Below, piece after piece: positions 28,033 through 39,400 of a stretch of DNA of 64,000 nucleotides. The DNA comes from a virus. The stretch's first letter is position 1; every line of letters begins with the position of its first letter. The notes below the pieces were generated by a model, which searched no databases, was not told where the DNA came from, and saw only the letters and a list, made by a program, of their open reading frames with translations. The position numbers and the translations under genes are program-made. The DNA lies in the IMG/VR virus record IMGVR_UViG_3300035135_002626; one strand, written 5' to 3'.

Positions 28033-29628
28033 ATGGCTATTGCATTTCCAGCTAGTCCATCAGATGGTGACGAGTATACAGAAAATAATATTACTTATAG
28101 ATATAACGCTGCAAAAGGTGTCTGGAAAGGTATCGGCAGTGTTCCAGTTAGTGCAACTATTCCTAACAGCATTGGTGACTTGGGAGATATTTCTCTTACA
28201 GTTGTTCCAGAAACACTTGAAATAAATGTAGATGATCCAACGGCAGGACATGGTACTGCTTGGCTATGGACATGGGAGCAAACATCACTACCTTTTGCAC
28301 GTTTGAGTATTACTAACCAAACACAGTTAAGTGTTCCTCTTTATCAAGAAGGTACATATCAAATCAATAACTTTGCAAATGAATTACACGGTGACATGAC
28401 TCAAACGCACAGTTTTAAGTTAAAATGGATTGAAGGCGCAGGAGATGATAACTTAGTAGATTGGGTAACAACAACTACAGTAAATCACAGTCATCCGGAC
28501 ATTAACGGTGGTGCATCAACTAGTGTACAAAGACTTAGTTTTACAGTACCAGCAACAGTTACAGCGCCTACACTAACACAGCCAAGTGGAATTACATATA
28601 ATGTTGTTAACAATGGCGCAGGTGCTTATACCTTCTCAGGTACAGCGTCGGGCGATAATGTAACACTAGGTCCATTGTATAGAGGTTCAACTTATACATT
28701 TAGTGTATCTGCAAGCGGGCATCCATTTTACTTTACAACAGACAACGGAACTGCTTTCCAATCAGGACAGTATGTAGGAGAATGGACAACCGGTGTAACA
28801 GGATCGAGAACTGAAAGTGGAACTATCACATTCCAAGTGCCAAGTAATGCTCCAGACACATTATATTATCAATGTGGTAATCACAGTAGTATGCGTGGTA
28901 TTATTCGTATACAAGATTTAGAAGTAGAAACAAACGATAACGGTAACTTTATTATATACGGACAGCATAGTCAAGAACAACACGCTCAAAAAATAGAAAT
29001 ACGTCCACTGCCTTCGTTGAGTTCACAAATGTGTATTGTGTATGATGAACTATCTGGACAATGGCAACCACAAGATTTGGCTACATATGTTGAAAATACT
29101 CCAGCATTTGAAAATAAAATTAAAGAAGTAGCAGGTACTGCAACATTAGTTGCACCCGACGGCACATCACTAGTTGCTAGTGTTGAAATTTATGACGATG
29201 CAAGTTATTTGCCTCTAGTTGGAAATACTACAGGCGACATTGCATATGCAACCGACACAGGTAAACTATATGTTTGGAACGGAAGTTCTTGGAATGACAG
29301 TGCTGACAAAACAAAATATATTACACTAAGACAAAGCGGAGACTTAACAGTTACCACTGGTACTAAACGTTGGTATGCACCGAAAGCTCTTACTATTAAA
29401 GATATTACTGCTAGAGTAGATACTGCTCCGGTTGGTGCAGCGATAAATATAAGCATAAACAAAAACGGTATACAGGCATCGACAATATCTATTGCCGCAA
29501 GTGCTACTAAAACAAGTTCGACAGTGTCAATTGCAATGGCAGCAGATGATTACATAACAGTAGATGTAACTCAAATTGGAAGTTCGACAGCAGGCGCAGA
29601 GTTAAGTGTAACGTTTACATATGAATAA
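28033..29628 (+). CDS. structural protein with FP module, cupredoxin-like domain and C-terminal beta-sandwich (cassette gene D')
   Basis: 531 aa. Contains GHPFYFTTD...YYQCGNHSSMRG; shares VPETL..PTAGH..WLWTW and QPQD motifs with the 23055 ORF. Confidence 0.8.
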   Translation: MAIAFPASPSDGDEYTENNITYRYNAAKGVWKGIGSVPVSATIPNSIGDLGDISLTVVPETLEINVDDPTAGHGTAWLWTWEQTSLPFARLSITNQTQLSVPLYQEGTYQINNFANELHGDMTQTHSFKLKWIEGAGDDNLVDWVTTTTVNHSHPDINGGASTSVQRLSFTVPATVTAPTLTQPSGITYNVVNNGAGAYTFSGTASGDNVTLGPLYRGSTYTFSVSASGHPFYFTTDNGTAFQSGQYVGEWTTGVTGSRTESGTITFQVPSNAPDTLYYQCGNHSSMRGIIRIQDLEVETNDNGNFIIYGQHSQEQHAQKIEIRPLPSLSSQMCIVYDELSGQWQPQDLATYVENTPAFENKIKEVAGTATLVAPDGTSLVASVEIYDDASYLPLVGNTTGDIAYATDTGKLYVWNGSSWNDSADKTKYITLRQSGDLTVTTGTKRWYAPKALTIKDITARVDTAPVGAAINISINKNGIQASTISIAASATKTSSTVSIAMAADDYITVDVTQIGSSTAGAELSVTFTYE

Positions 29629-29640
29629 GAGAGAAACAAA

Positions 29641-29907
29641 ATGGCAATAACAGATGCAGATATAAAAGCAGCAGTATGTGCAAAATACGGAATACTGTGG
29701 GATGATGATTATCCTGAACAAGACATAACAGTATATCGTGCCGAAGACGGGATAGAACCTGATGTAAATTTACATGATGTATTTGAAGATTTTGGAACAT
29801 TAAGAACAATGTCAACAATGATCGGAACAATCATTGAGATTGCAATTGTAGGTGAACACGCATTTAAAACTGGACAAAGCACCAACTGGTCAGAATGGAC
29901 TGGGTAA
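29641..29907 (+). CDS. small acidic hypothetical protein (cassette gene E')
   Basis: 88 aa, D/E-rich with terminal NWSEWTG; same position in its cassette as the 24740 ORF. Confidence 0.65.
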   Translation: MAITDADIKAAVCAKYGILWDDDYPEQDITVYRAEDGIEPDVNLHDVFEDFGTLRTMSTMIGTIIEIAIVGEHAFKTGQSTNWSEWTG

Positions 29908-29917
29908 GGAGAATAAT

Positions 29918-31027
29918 ATGGCATATATCAAAATAAAAAGTAACTTTTCAACATCATCCTACATAGAACGAAACGGATTTTATCCAATTCAATATGCAAC
30001 TATTAGCCAAACTATTTACACTGGGTCACCAGTAAATACTGCTCTTTCTGCTGTCGTTGGCACAGGTCCTTCTGCAGGTATGTATTATGATTACACGTCA
30101 TCATGGCCAGATGCTAGTGCATCCAACGACGGTTATTATGCATTTATAAAGAAACATTATTCGTATGAACAAGTGGCAAACTATCAACCACGCTGTGGCG
30201 TTTATGGGTACCATAATGGTTCCTACGGATTAAGGTGGAAGCATTGTACGTGGAATTTGTCAAATCCTGGTCCCAATAGTATAAATTCTTATTGGACAGG
30301 TTACAGCAATACTAGTTACGATTATGGAAGATTAGGCGGTGAACACTGGAATTGGATAGACGAAGTACATATGATTGTTAATGATACAACATGGGCTATA
30401 CAAATTATTGGTACAGGTACAGACTCTACTAGACAAATTGCTACAATGGTACTCAGTGATATCGAGTATAATGCATCAATTGATACACATAGTTTTGCTG
30501 GTAATCAATACTATTGTCCAACAGTTAGTTTTCATAGTATTATAAAAGGTAATCCATATATAGATAATGCCGCACCAACCGCAGATCAGCACCGTTTTTC
30601 AGTTTATAGACCTCAATATGTAGAAAGAGGCGGCACCTATCTTAATAGTAGCTATTCAGATAGTGGGTTACAATGGGGATATCACACTACTAATAGTGGT
30701 GCTATTGCTAGATTATATCCAGAAGCTAGATCTAGAGTAGGATCTATGCAAGTTGCAAACGGAGAAACTACAAATCAGTTGATCCCTATTTATTATGATC
30801 CTGGAATGAGATCAGAAACAGCAGACACTAGATATGGCAGACTAATGAATGTGTATAGAACAACAGAAGGTTCTTCTTTGAGAACCGGTGATGTTATTAC
30901 CGACGGAACTACAAGATATAGAATTTTTGCCAACTGTTGGAAAGCAGGTGGTTCAAACATGAATGACGTTGGTTATTCAGCTACACTTGCATTCCCTGAG
31001 GATAACGTACCGTTTAGTGCACCGTAA
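29918..31027 (+). CDS. Tyr/Ser-rich hypothetical structural protein (cassette gene F')
   Basis: Start revised from 29852 to ATG 29918 (AAGGAG SD at 29906-29911; removes the overlap with the upstream ORF), giving 369 aa. Confidence 0.7.
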   Translation: MAYIKIKSNFSTSSYIERNGFYPIQYATISQTIYTGSPVNTALSAVVGTGPSAGMYYDYTSSWPDASASNDGYYAFIKKHYSYEQVANYQPRCGVYGYHNGSYGLRWKHCTWNLSNPGPNSINSYWTGYSNTSYDYGRLGGEHWNWIDEVHMIVNDTTWAIQIIGTGTDSTRQIATMVLSDIEYNASIDTHSFAGNQYYCPTVSFHSIIKGNPYIDNAAPTADQHRFSVYRPQYVERGGTYLNSSYSDSGLQWGYHTTNSGAIARLYPEARSRVGSMQVANGETTNQLIPIYYDPGMRSETADTRYGRLMNVYRTTEGSSLRTGDVITDGTTRYRIFANCWKAGGSNMNDVGYSATLAFPEDNVPFSAP

Positions 31028-31037
31028 GGAAGGTTAA

Positions 31038-31268
31038 ATGTCAACTGAGTATACTAACCATGTTGAAATGAACAGTGATTTGGTAAGCACCGGAACACTT
31101 TTTAAAGGCAGCGCCATATTTACATTTCGGCCAGTAACTGGTACTGATACAGGATCAATCCCTCCAACTTATAGTTCAAATCCAGTTATCAGCGACGGTG
31201 GCGGCGGTGGCGGCGGCACTACACAAGTTACTGGTGCAGATGCACAAAGTTGGTCAGATAGCATTTGA
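31038..31268 (+). CDS. small protein ending in Gly linker + QSWS (cassette gene G')
   Basis: 76 aa with AAGGAAGG SD; C-terminus DGGGGGGGTTQVTGADAQSWSDSI. Confidence 0.65.
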   Translation: MSTEYTNHVEMNSDLVSTGTLFKGSAIFTFRPVTGTDTGSIPPTYSSNPVISDGGGGGGGTTQVTGADAQSWSDSI

Positions 31269-31293
31269 CAAAACCAATAAATATAGTTATTAT
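31265..31293 (+). promoter_or_regulatory. sigma70-type promoter TTGACA-N17-TATTAT with nested late box ATAAATA (31277-31283)
   Basis: TTGACA 31265-31270 (overlaps the upstream TGA stop), 17-nt spacer, TATTAT 31288-31293; ATG at 31313. Confidence 0.55.
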
Positions 31294-31312
31294 ATGATAA
31301 AGGTTTTGTTAA

Positions 31313-33352
31313 ATGCCCGTGACTTTTCCAAACAATCCAAGCGATGGTGATACGTATACACTAGGTTTACGTACATATACCTATTCATCTGCTAATAGTT
31401 TTTGGGTATTGACTAACGATGGCAGCGGATTAAACTTAACTAACTTATCAACTAACATACTTCCAAGCACAGACGCAACATATAACATTGGTTCAGCAAC
31501 TAATCAATGGAATAATGTATACATTGCAAACTCTCTAAACATCGATGGTGCAGTAATTACAGCAAATGCCGACGGTAGTTTAAACTTTCCAGCAGGTAGT
31601 GCAGTAGAAGCAGACATTCCAGAAACATTATTAGACTTAAACATTGTAGATGGCACAGTCGGACAAGCATTATTAACCACTGGTGTTGGCACATTTTATT
31701 TTGGTGATGTGTTACAGTACACAGACCTAAGTGTAACAGTTGCAACAGCAGGTACAGCAGGATTAACATATAATAATAGCACAGGTGAATTTACTTATAC
31801 ACCGCCAGACTTATCATCATACTTTGAATTTACCGGAGACTATACAGAATTAACAAATAGACCAACTATTCCAAGTGGTATAAATGATTTAGACTTTATT
31901 GATATAGTAGGTGTTACTGACGGACAAGTATTAAAGTATAATTCAGCAACAGGTAATTGGGAAAACGAAAACGAAGCAGGCGGTATTGACTTGACAGACT
32001 TTTCAGTTGCTACAAATAGTGCAAGTAGTTCAAGTACATTATCTTACAATAACACAACTGGTACATTTACATTTACTCCCCCAGACATTTCAGACTTTAT
32101 TGCACTAACTGATATAAGTGTCGGAGCAGACGGTGCTGCATCTGGAAGCGGAAGTCTTACTTATAATAGTACAAGTGGCGTTTTCACTTATACACCACCT
32201 GACTTATCTGACTTTGTTACAAGTACTAGTTTTAATCTTGCACTAGATGACTTAACAGATGTAGCAGCAAGTAGTCCTAGTAATAACCATGTATTAAGAT
32301 ACGATAGCAATGCACAACAATGGGAATCATCTCCAGAAAATACAGGTGTTAACTTAACTGATTTAAGTGCAAGTGTAAATCCATCGCCAAGTGGCAGTGG
32401 TAATTTTCAATATAACAGTGCAAGCGGTGTATTTACATTTACAAAACCTGATTTATCACCATATGCAACTAGTTCAAGTTTGTCAACAGTGGCAACAACT
32501 GGTAGTTATAATGATCTTAGCAACACTCCGACTATACCGAGTGCATTAACTGACTTAGGTATTACAGATGGTACTAGTGGACAAATACTTTCAACAGATG
32601 GAAGTGGTAATTTCACATTTGTTGACAGTGGTGTTGACTTAACAGCATTTAGTGTAGGTGCCGAAGGTACTGCTAGTGGCAATGGTAGTGTTGAATACAA
32701 CAATACAACAGGCGTGTTTACATATACACCGCCTGTTATTCCCGCCGACTTGAGTGATTTAACAGACAACAACGGATTATTAGAACCTCCGTATATTGTA
32801 AGTGTTAGTCCTACAACATTTGGCGGTGACAATGCTTCTACTTTTACAGTACGAGGCGGACATTTCAAGTCAAACGGTAGTATTAGTTTTAAAGATCAAA
32901 ACGGAGACTACTGGACAGCAGGTACATATACATTTACTTCTTCATCTGAAGTAGAAGTTACTACTCCTAAAGCATTTACAGTAGCAGATGGTCCACTAGG
33001 TGTACGTTATACCGACACAGGCGGAACAAATCCTGTTGAATTAACTAACTTAATCGGAACAGGCGGTGCTCCAAGTTGGGTTACAGCAAGTGGATCGCTT
33101 GCTACACTTACAGTCGGTGATCCTACAAACGTTACAGTACAAGCAAACGAACCTGATGGACAAACAATTATATACAGTGTAACAGTTGGACAGTTACCAC
33201 CGAATGTTACACTAGGAACCTTTACAGGTGTAATAAGTGGCTCAGGTCCTGCAAGTCTTGGTGCACCAACAACCTATGCATTTACTATACAAGCACAAGA
33301 TACAGCAGGCAACTCTACTCCTCAAAACTTTAGTATTACCTACAATCCATAA
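31313..33352 (+). CDS. fibre protein: FP module, five 'YNxxxGxFTxTPPD' shaft repeats, C-terminal IPT/Ig-like domains
   Basis: 679 aa. Repeats include LTYNNSTGEFTYTPPDLS. PYIVSVSPTTF..TFTVRGGHF is IPT-like; GQLPPNVTL..TGVISG..YAFTIQAQD is putative-Ig-like. Confidence 0.75.
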   Translation: MPVTFPNNPSDGDTYTLGLRTYTYSSANSFWVLTNDGSGLNLTNLSTNILPSTDATYNIGSATNQWNNVYIANSLNIDGAVITANADGSLNFPAGSAVEADIPETLLDLNIVDGTVGQALLTTGVGTFYFGDVLQYTDLSVTVATAGTAGLTYNNSTGEFTYTPPDLSSYFEFTGDYTELTNRPTIPSGINDLDFIDIVGVTDGQVLKYNSATGNWENENEAGGIDLTDFSVATNSASSSSTLSYNNTTGTFTFTPPDISDFIALTDISVGADGAASGSGSLTYNSTSGVFTYTPPDLSDFVTSTSFNLALDDLTDVAASSPSNNHVLRYDSNAQQWESSPENTGVNLTDLSASVNPSPSGSGNFQYNSASGVFTFTKPDLSPYATSSSLSTVATTGSYNDLSNTPTIPSALTDLGITDGTSGQILSTDGSGNFTFVDSGVDLTAFSVGAEGTASGNGSVEYNNTTGVFTYTPPVIPADLSDLTDNNGLLEPPYIVSVSPTTFGGDNASTFTVRGGHFKSNGSISFKDQNGDYWTAGTYTFTSSSEVEVTTPKAFTVADGPLGVRYTDTGGTNPVELTNLIGTGGAPSWVTASGSLATLTVGDPTNVTVQANEPDGQTIIYSVTVGQLPPNVTLGTFTGVISGSGPASLGAPTTYAFTIQAQDTAGNSTPQNFSITYNP

Positions 33353-33363
33353 TTTCAAAATGG

Positions 33364-33370
33364 ATAAATA
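33364..33370 (+). promoter_or_regulatory. T4-like late promoter box ATAAATA
   Basis: Intergenic, 33 nt before ATG 33404. Confidence 0.65.
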
Positions 33371-33403
33371 TTGTTAAGTAATTACGTTAGGTAGAGTGAC
33401 TAA

Positions 33404-36400
33404 ATGAGCATTAATAGAAAACTTTCTAAATTAGCAAACATTATCGATGATGCAACACAGAATCAGTACTTGGTTGCAGACGGCAGCGGCGAACTTGTAT
33501 TCGGCGACTTAACAGTTAGTTTAATAGATGGTACTAATACTACTATTACTAAATCAACAGATCCCGTAACAACTCTTAGATTTGATACAGACAGTGGATT
33601 TGACTTAGATGATTTAGGTGGCGGCGCTGTTAAAATCAAAATGAACAGTACTTTTAAAACTTGGGAAGTGCCTGGTCAGCAAGATTTGGTTGCGAGTGGA
33701 CTTGACACAATTAAAATTATTCCAGGTAGTGGTCTTGCTATCACTACAAATCCAAGTGCAAGCCCACAAGAGATTACGTTTTCAAGCACACTAACAGATA
33801 CTGACGGACTATTAGAAGGTTCTACTAATTTATACTACACTGATGCTCGTGTAGATACACATTTAGGTAGTGGTAACGTTTTAGATATTGTTGTACGTGA
33901 TATCAGTGCAAGAGATGTTACAATTAGTGGTGACTTAAATGTTGCAGGCACAACTACAACAGTTAATCAAACTACACTAACAGTTAATGATAGTAAAATA
34001 TTCTTAGCAGACGGTAACAATGCAGATGTTATTGACAGTGGTATTATTTTAAATTATAATGACGGTACTAATAAAACAGCAGGTGTGTTTAGAGATGCGT
34101 CAGATGGTGTATTCAACTTTTATCACGAGTACACACCAAATGTTGGAACAACATTAGACACAGCACATTCTAGTTATAGTCTTGCTAAAATTAAAGCAGA
34201 TGAATTTGTTGGTAGTTTAGATTGGAATAATATCTATAACAAAGATGATGTTACTTTTACAAGTGTAGAAGTAGTTGACTTATTAGTTACTGGTACACAA
34301 ACTATTAATAATACAACAAATGTAAGTACTATAAATCCATTTATCTTACTTAATGACAACCCAAGTACAAATGTTGACACTGGTGTTGTTGGCAAGTACG
34401 ACATTGGCGGAACTGACTATGTCGGCGGTTACTTTAGAGATGTAAGTGATGGCGGCAAATTTAAATTCTTTGAAGGCAGTACACAAACATTTACAGATAG
34501 CAGTACTGTTGATGTTAATGCTACAGGCTTTACACTAGCAACTGTTGTAGCAGACACATTTGAAGGTAGTTTAGATTGGTCAAATGTTACAAATGCGCCT
34601 AGTATACCTTCATTCTTAAATGATTTAAGCGATGTTGATACAACAACAAATGCGCCTGCAGATGGACAAACTATTATTTGGGATGCCGCTAATAGCATCT
34701 TTATTCCGGGAGATAGTTTTAATCAGACGGATTTTGATGCAGCAATTGCACTTAAATCAATCGATGTACTCGCAGATGTTGACACTACAAGTAATGCAGC
34801 AAACAATGGTGATGCACTTGTATGGGATGGATCAAACTGGGTACCTGGTAATGCAACAGCAAATGTTACTATTAGTACAACTGCTCCGAGCAATCCAGAA
34901 TTAGGCGATGTGTGGTTAGATGAAGCTACACTTGACATGTTTGTTTATTATCCAGACACAAATGGCAACATCTGGGTGCAGGTTAACAATTTAGATACAC
35001 CTACAGAACTAAACGACTTAACAGATGTAGATTTAGTAACCAACGCACCTGCTGATGGAGAAGCACTTGTATGGGATGCCGCTAACAGTGTATTTGTACC
35101 ACAGGCGCCATTTAGTCAAACAGACTTTGACACTGCATTTGCTGCCAAAGATACAGATGATCTAAGTGAAGGAACAACAAACCTTTACTATACAGATGCA
35201 CGTGTTAATACTTTCTTAGGTGGCGGAACAGCAGGTAATATTATAACAACTGGTTATATTGCAGGACCTGCTAATTTTACAATTGATCCGGCTGCAATTG
35301 GTGACGATACAGGAACACTTATTGTTGCTGGTAACTTAACTGTACAAGGTACAACAACAACTGTCAACAGTAATGTTGTAGAAATTGGCGACAGTATTAT
35401 TACACTTAACAGTGATGAAACAGGCGTGCCAAGTCAAAACGGCGGCATTGAAATTGAACGTGGTACCAGTGCAAACGTCCAACTACGATATAATGAAACA
35501 AGTGATAAGTGGGAATTTACTAATGATGGTACTACTTACACTGAACTAGGAACTGCTGGAACATTCACAGGCACTACAGACGATGTAACAGAGGGTTCAA
35601 CTAATCTATACTTTACCGATGCACGTGCAGATGCCAGAGCCGATGTACGTATTGCTGCAGCAAGTATTGATGCACTAAGTGATGTAGATACTACAAGTAA
35701 TGCAGCAAGTAATGGAGATGCACTTGTATGGGATGGAGCCAACTGGGTTCCACAAGCACCATTTAGCCAAGCAGATTTTGATACTGCATTTGCACTTAAA
35801 AGTATTGACGATTTAAGTGATGTAGATACAACTACTGCAGCACCAAGCACAGGCGATGCACTTGTTTGGGATGGTAGTAATTTTGTTCCAGGCAATGCAG
35901 TTGCTAACGTGAGTATATCTGCAACTGCTCCGAGCAATCCTGAGATAGGCGATGTTTGGTTAGATGAAGCAACATTAGATATGTATGTTTATTATCCAGA
36001 CACTAACGGAAATATCTGGGTACAGGTTAACAACTTAGATACACCTACAGAACTAAATGATTTAACTGACGTAGACTTAGTAAGTAATGCACCAAGTGCA
36101 GGACAAGCACTTGTCTGGGATGCAGCAAACAGTGTGTTTATTCCGGGGGATAGTTTCAGTCAAACAGACTTTGATGCAGCGTTTGCAGCAAAAGACACAG
36201 ATGATCTAAGTGAAGGAACAACTAATCTTTACTATACAGATACTAGATTTGATAACAGACTAGCAACAAAAACAACAACTGACTTAGCAGAAGGCACAAA
36301 CCTTTACTACACAGATGCACGTGTAACAACAAGAATCAATAATACAAGTATTGATGCATTACAAGACGTTGATACATCTTCAGTTGTTCCAAGTAACGGT

Positions 36401-39400
36401 GAAGCACTTGTTTGGAATGGCAGCGAATGGGCTCCTGGTACAGTTACAAGTTTCAGTGAAACACTTACAACACTAAGTATAGGTTCTAATATACTTTCGT
36501 ATGTAGATGAAAATGGTGCTACAACAAATATTGACTTATCACTTTACCTAGATGATACAAACTTAGCAAGACTAACAAGCGGTAGTTTAAACTCAAGCAC
36601 AGGTGTTGCAACATTTACACGTGACGATGCAAGTGTGTTTACTGTAGACTTTAGTTCACTTATTAACTTAAATGTTGATGCAGTAGTTACAGTAAGTGGT
36701 GGCAACTTTTATATCGACGGCGAGCAACAAGCAACAATTAGTTTAGAGCCTGGTAGAACATATAAGTTTAATCAAGACGATAGTTCAAACAGCACACATC
36801 CGCTACGTTTTAGTACTACTGAAGATGGTACACACGGCGGCGGTGTTGAATACACAACAGGTGTAACAGCAATCGGAACTCCAGGTAGTTCAGTTTCTTA
36901 TACAGAAATTACAGTTACACAAAGTACACCAACACTATATTACTATTGTGCTAACCACAGTGGTATGGGTGGTAAAGTTGCAGTAGGCAATGCATTCGAT
37001 ACAGATGAACTAGTAGAAGGTTCAAATAACTTGTACTTCACTGATGCACGTGCAGATGCAAGAATTGCTGCAGCAAGTGTAGGTGATTTAAATGACGTAG
37101 ACATTACTACTACAACTCCATCAGACAACAGCGTACTTGTTTGGGATAGTACACTAAGCAAATTTGTATCTGGATTTAGTTCAAGTGTTAACTTGTCGAG
37201 CACTGTTCCTTCAAATCCAAGTGAAGGTGACTTGTGGCTAAACAATGCTACTATGAATTTATATGTTTGGTATACAGATTCAGATAGTTCGCAGTGGGTA
37301 CATATTAACCCGTATTCAGAAGCCGTTAGAGCAAACATTGGTTCAACTCCTCCTGCAAATCCAGACAATGGCGACTTATGGGTAGATGAAACAAACTTAG
37401 ATTTTTATATCTATAACGGTACTGCATGGGCACAACTAAACCAAAGTAATATTCCAACTGAAATTAGTGATTTAGTTGATGTTAATGCAGCGGGTGTCGT
37501 TGACGGACAAGTTCTCGTATACGACTTAGCAACAAGTACATTTATTCCAGGTGACGCATTTAGTCAAGCAGACTTTGATACAGCATTTGGTGCTAAATCA
37601 ATTGATGCACTTAGTGATGTTGATACAACTAGTGCAACTCCAAACAGTGGACAAGCACTTGTATGGGACGGAGCAAACTGGGCACCAGGTACAGTTAGTG
37701 CTGGTAACTTTACTGAAACAACTACTACACTAACAGGCGACAGTGTAAATCAAAAACTTGTTTACACAGACGAAGCAGGTACAGCAAATGACATTGATTT
37801 AAGTTGGGCAGTTGATGATACAAATCTAGCACGTATTACAAGTGGTACACTTGATAATATAACTGGTATTGCAACGTTTACAAGAGATGATGCAACTACA
37901 TTTACAGTTGATTTTAGTGCACTATTCGACGACACAAACACATACTTGTCAACACTAGCATTTGATACAGGAACCGGTGTATTAACTGGAACATTAAGCG
38001 ATTCAACAGCAATAACAGTTGACTTAGATGGACGTTACTTAGAAACATTAGGTAGTATTGATGGTCACACAGACGTAGATATTACAACTACAGCACCTAC
38101 AGACGGACAAGCACTTGTATGGGATAATGCTAACAGCAAGTTCGTACCAGGTGATAGTTTCAGTCAAACTGATTTCGATAATGCATTTGCACTCAAATCA
38201 GTTGATGCACTTAGTGATGTAGACACAACTAGTGCAGCACCTACTTCAGGTGACGCACTTGTATGGGATGGTGCAAATTGGGTACCTGGTAATGCAACAG
38301 CAAATGTTACTATCAGTGCTACTGCACCTAGCAACCCAGAATTGGGAGATGTATGGCTAGACGAAGCAACGTTGGATATGTACATTTACTATCCAGATAC
38401 AAATGGCAACATTTGGGTACAGGTTAACAATTTAGATACACCAACTGAACTAAATGACTTAACCGATGTAGATTTAGTTTCAAATGCACCAACAAACGGA
38501 CAGGCACTTATCTGGGATAATGCTAACAGTGTATTTGTCCCAGGCGATTCATTTAGCCAAGCAGATTTTGATACTGCATTTACTGCGAAATCTACTGATG
38601 ATTTAAGTGAAGGTAGTGTTAATCTTTACTACACTGATACAAGAGCAGATGCAAGAATTGCTGCAGCAAGTATTGATGCACTTAGTGATGTAGATACAAC
38701 TAGTGCAGCACCAGCAGTTGGCGAAGTGCTCAGATGGGATGGTAGTAACTTTGTTCCTGGTAGTGTTAATGCACTAGAAACATTAACAACACTAACAGCA
38801 GACAGTGTCAATCAAAGATTACAGTATACTGATGAAGCAGGTACAGTTAACAATATTGATCTAAGTTGGACTGTTGATGATACGAACCTAGCACGTATTA
38901 CAAGTGGTAGTTTAAATGGATCAACTGGCATTGCAACATTTACACGTGACGATGCAACTACATTTACAGTTGACTTTAGTCCATTCTTTGACGATACTAA
39001 CTTAGCACGTATTACAAGCGGTACTGTAAATGCAGGTACACTAACACTTACAAGAGATGATGCAAGTACAATTGCAATTGATGTTAGTTCATTAATCGAC
39101 ATTGATAGCACAGCACTTGTTACTGTAAGTGGTGTTGGCATTAACTCAATCGACTTTAGCACAATGAACGCAGCAGGATTTAGCGGCGGTGTTAACACAT
39201 TTGCATTTAGTTACACAGGATATGCAGGTGGTGGTTACAGTGGTCCTGCAGGTGTTATGGAACTTGGCAGAAAATATTTAGAAGTAGAATTCACTACACT
39301 AAGTAGAGGTGCAATTGGTATCAACGGAACTAATGTTGATTTGTCAAGTGGTAATGTTGGCGGTGTTGCTTCTAACATGAGTGGATTTACAGTAGGTGAT

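Noticed and set aside
3354-29917. Upstream start codons given in the ORF track (3354, 16149, 29852)
   Set aside because: They overlap the previous genes and add sequence unlike paralogs. The starts at 3390, 16176 and 29918 match paralog N-termini, TAATG coupling or a strong SD.
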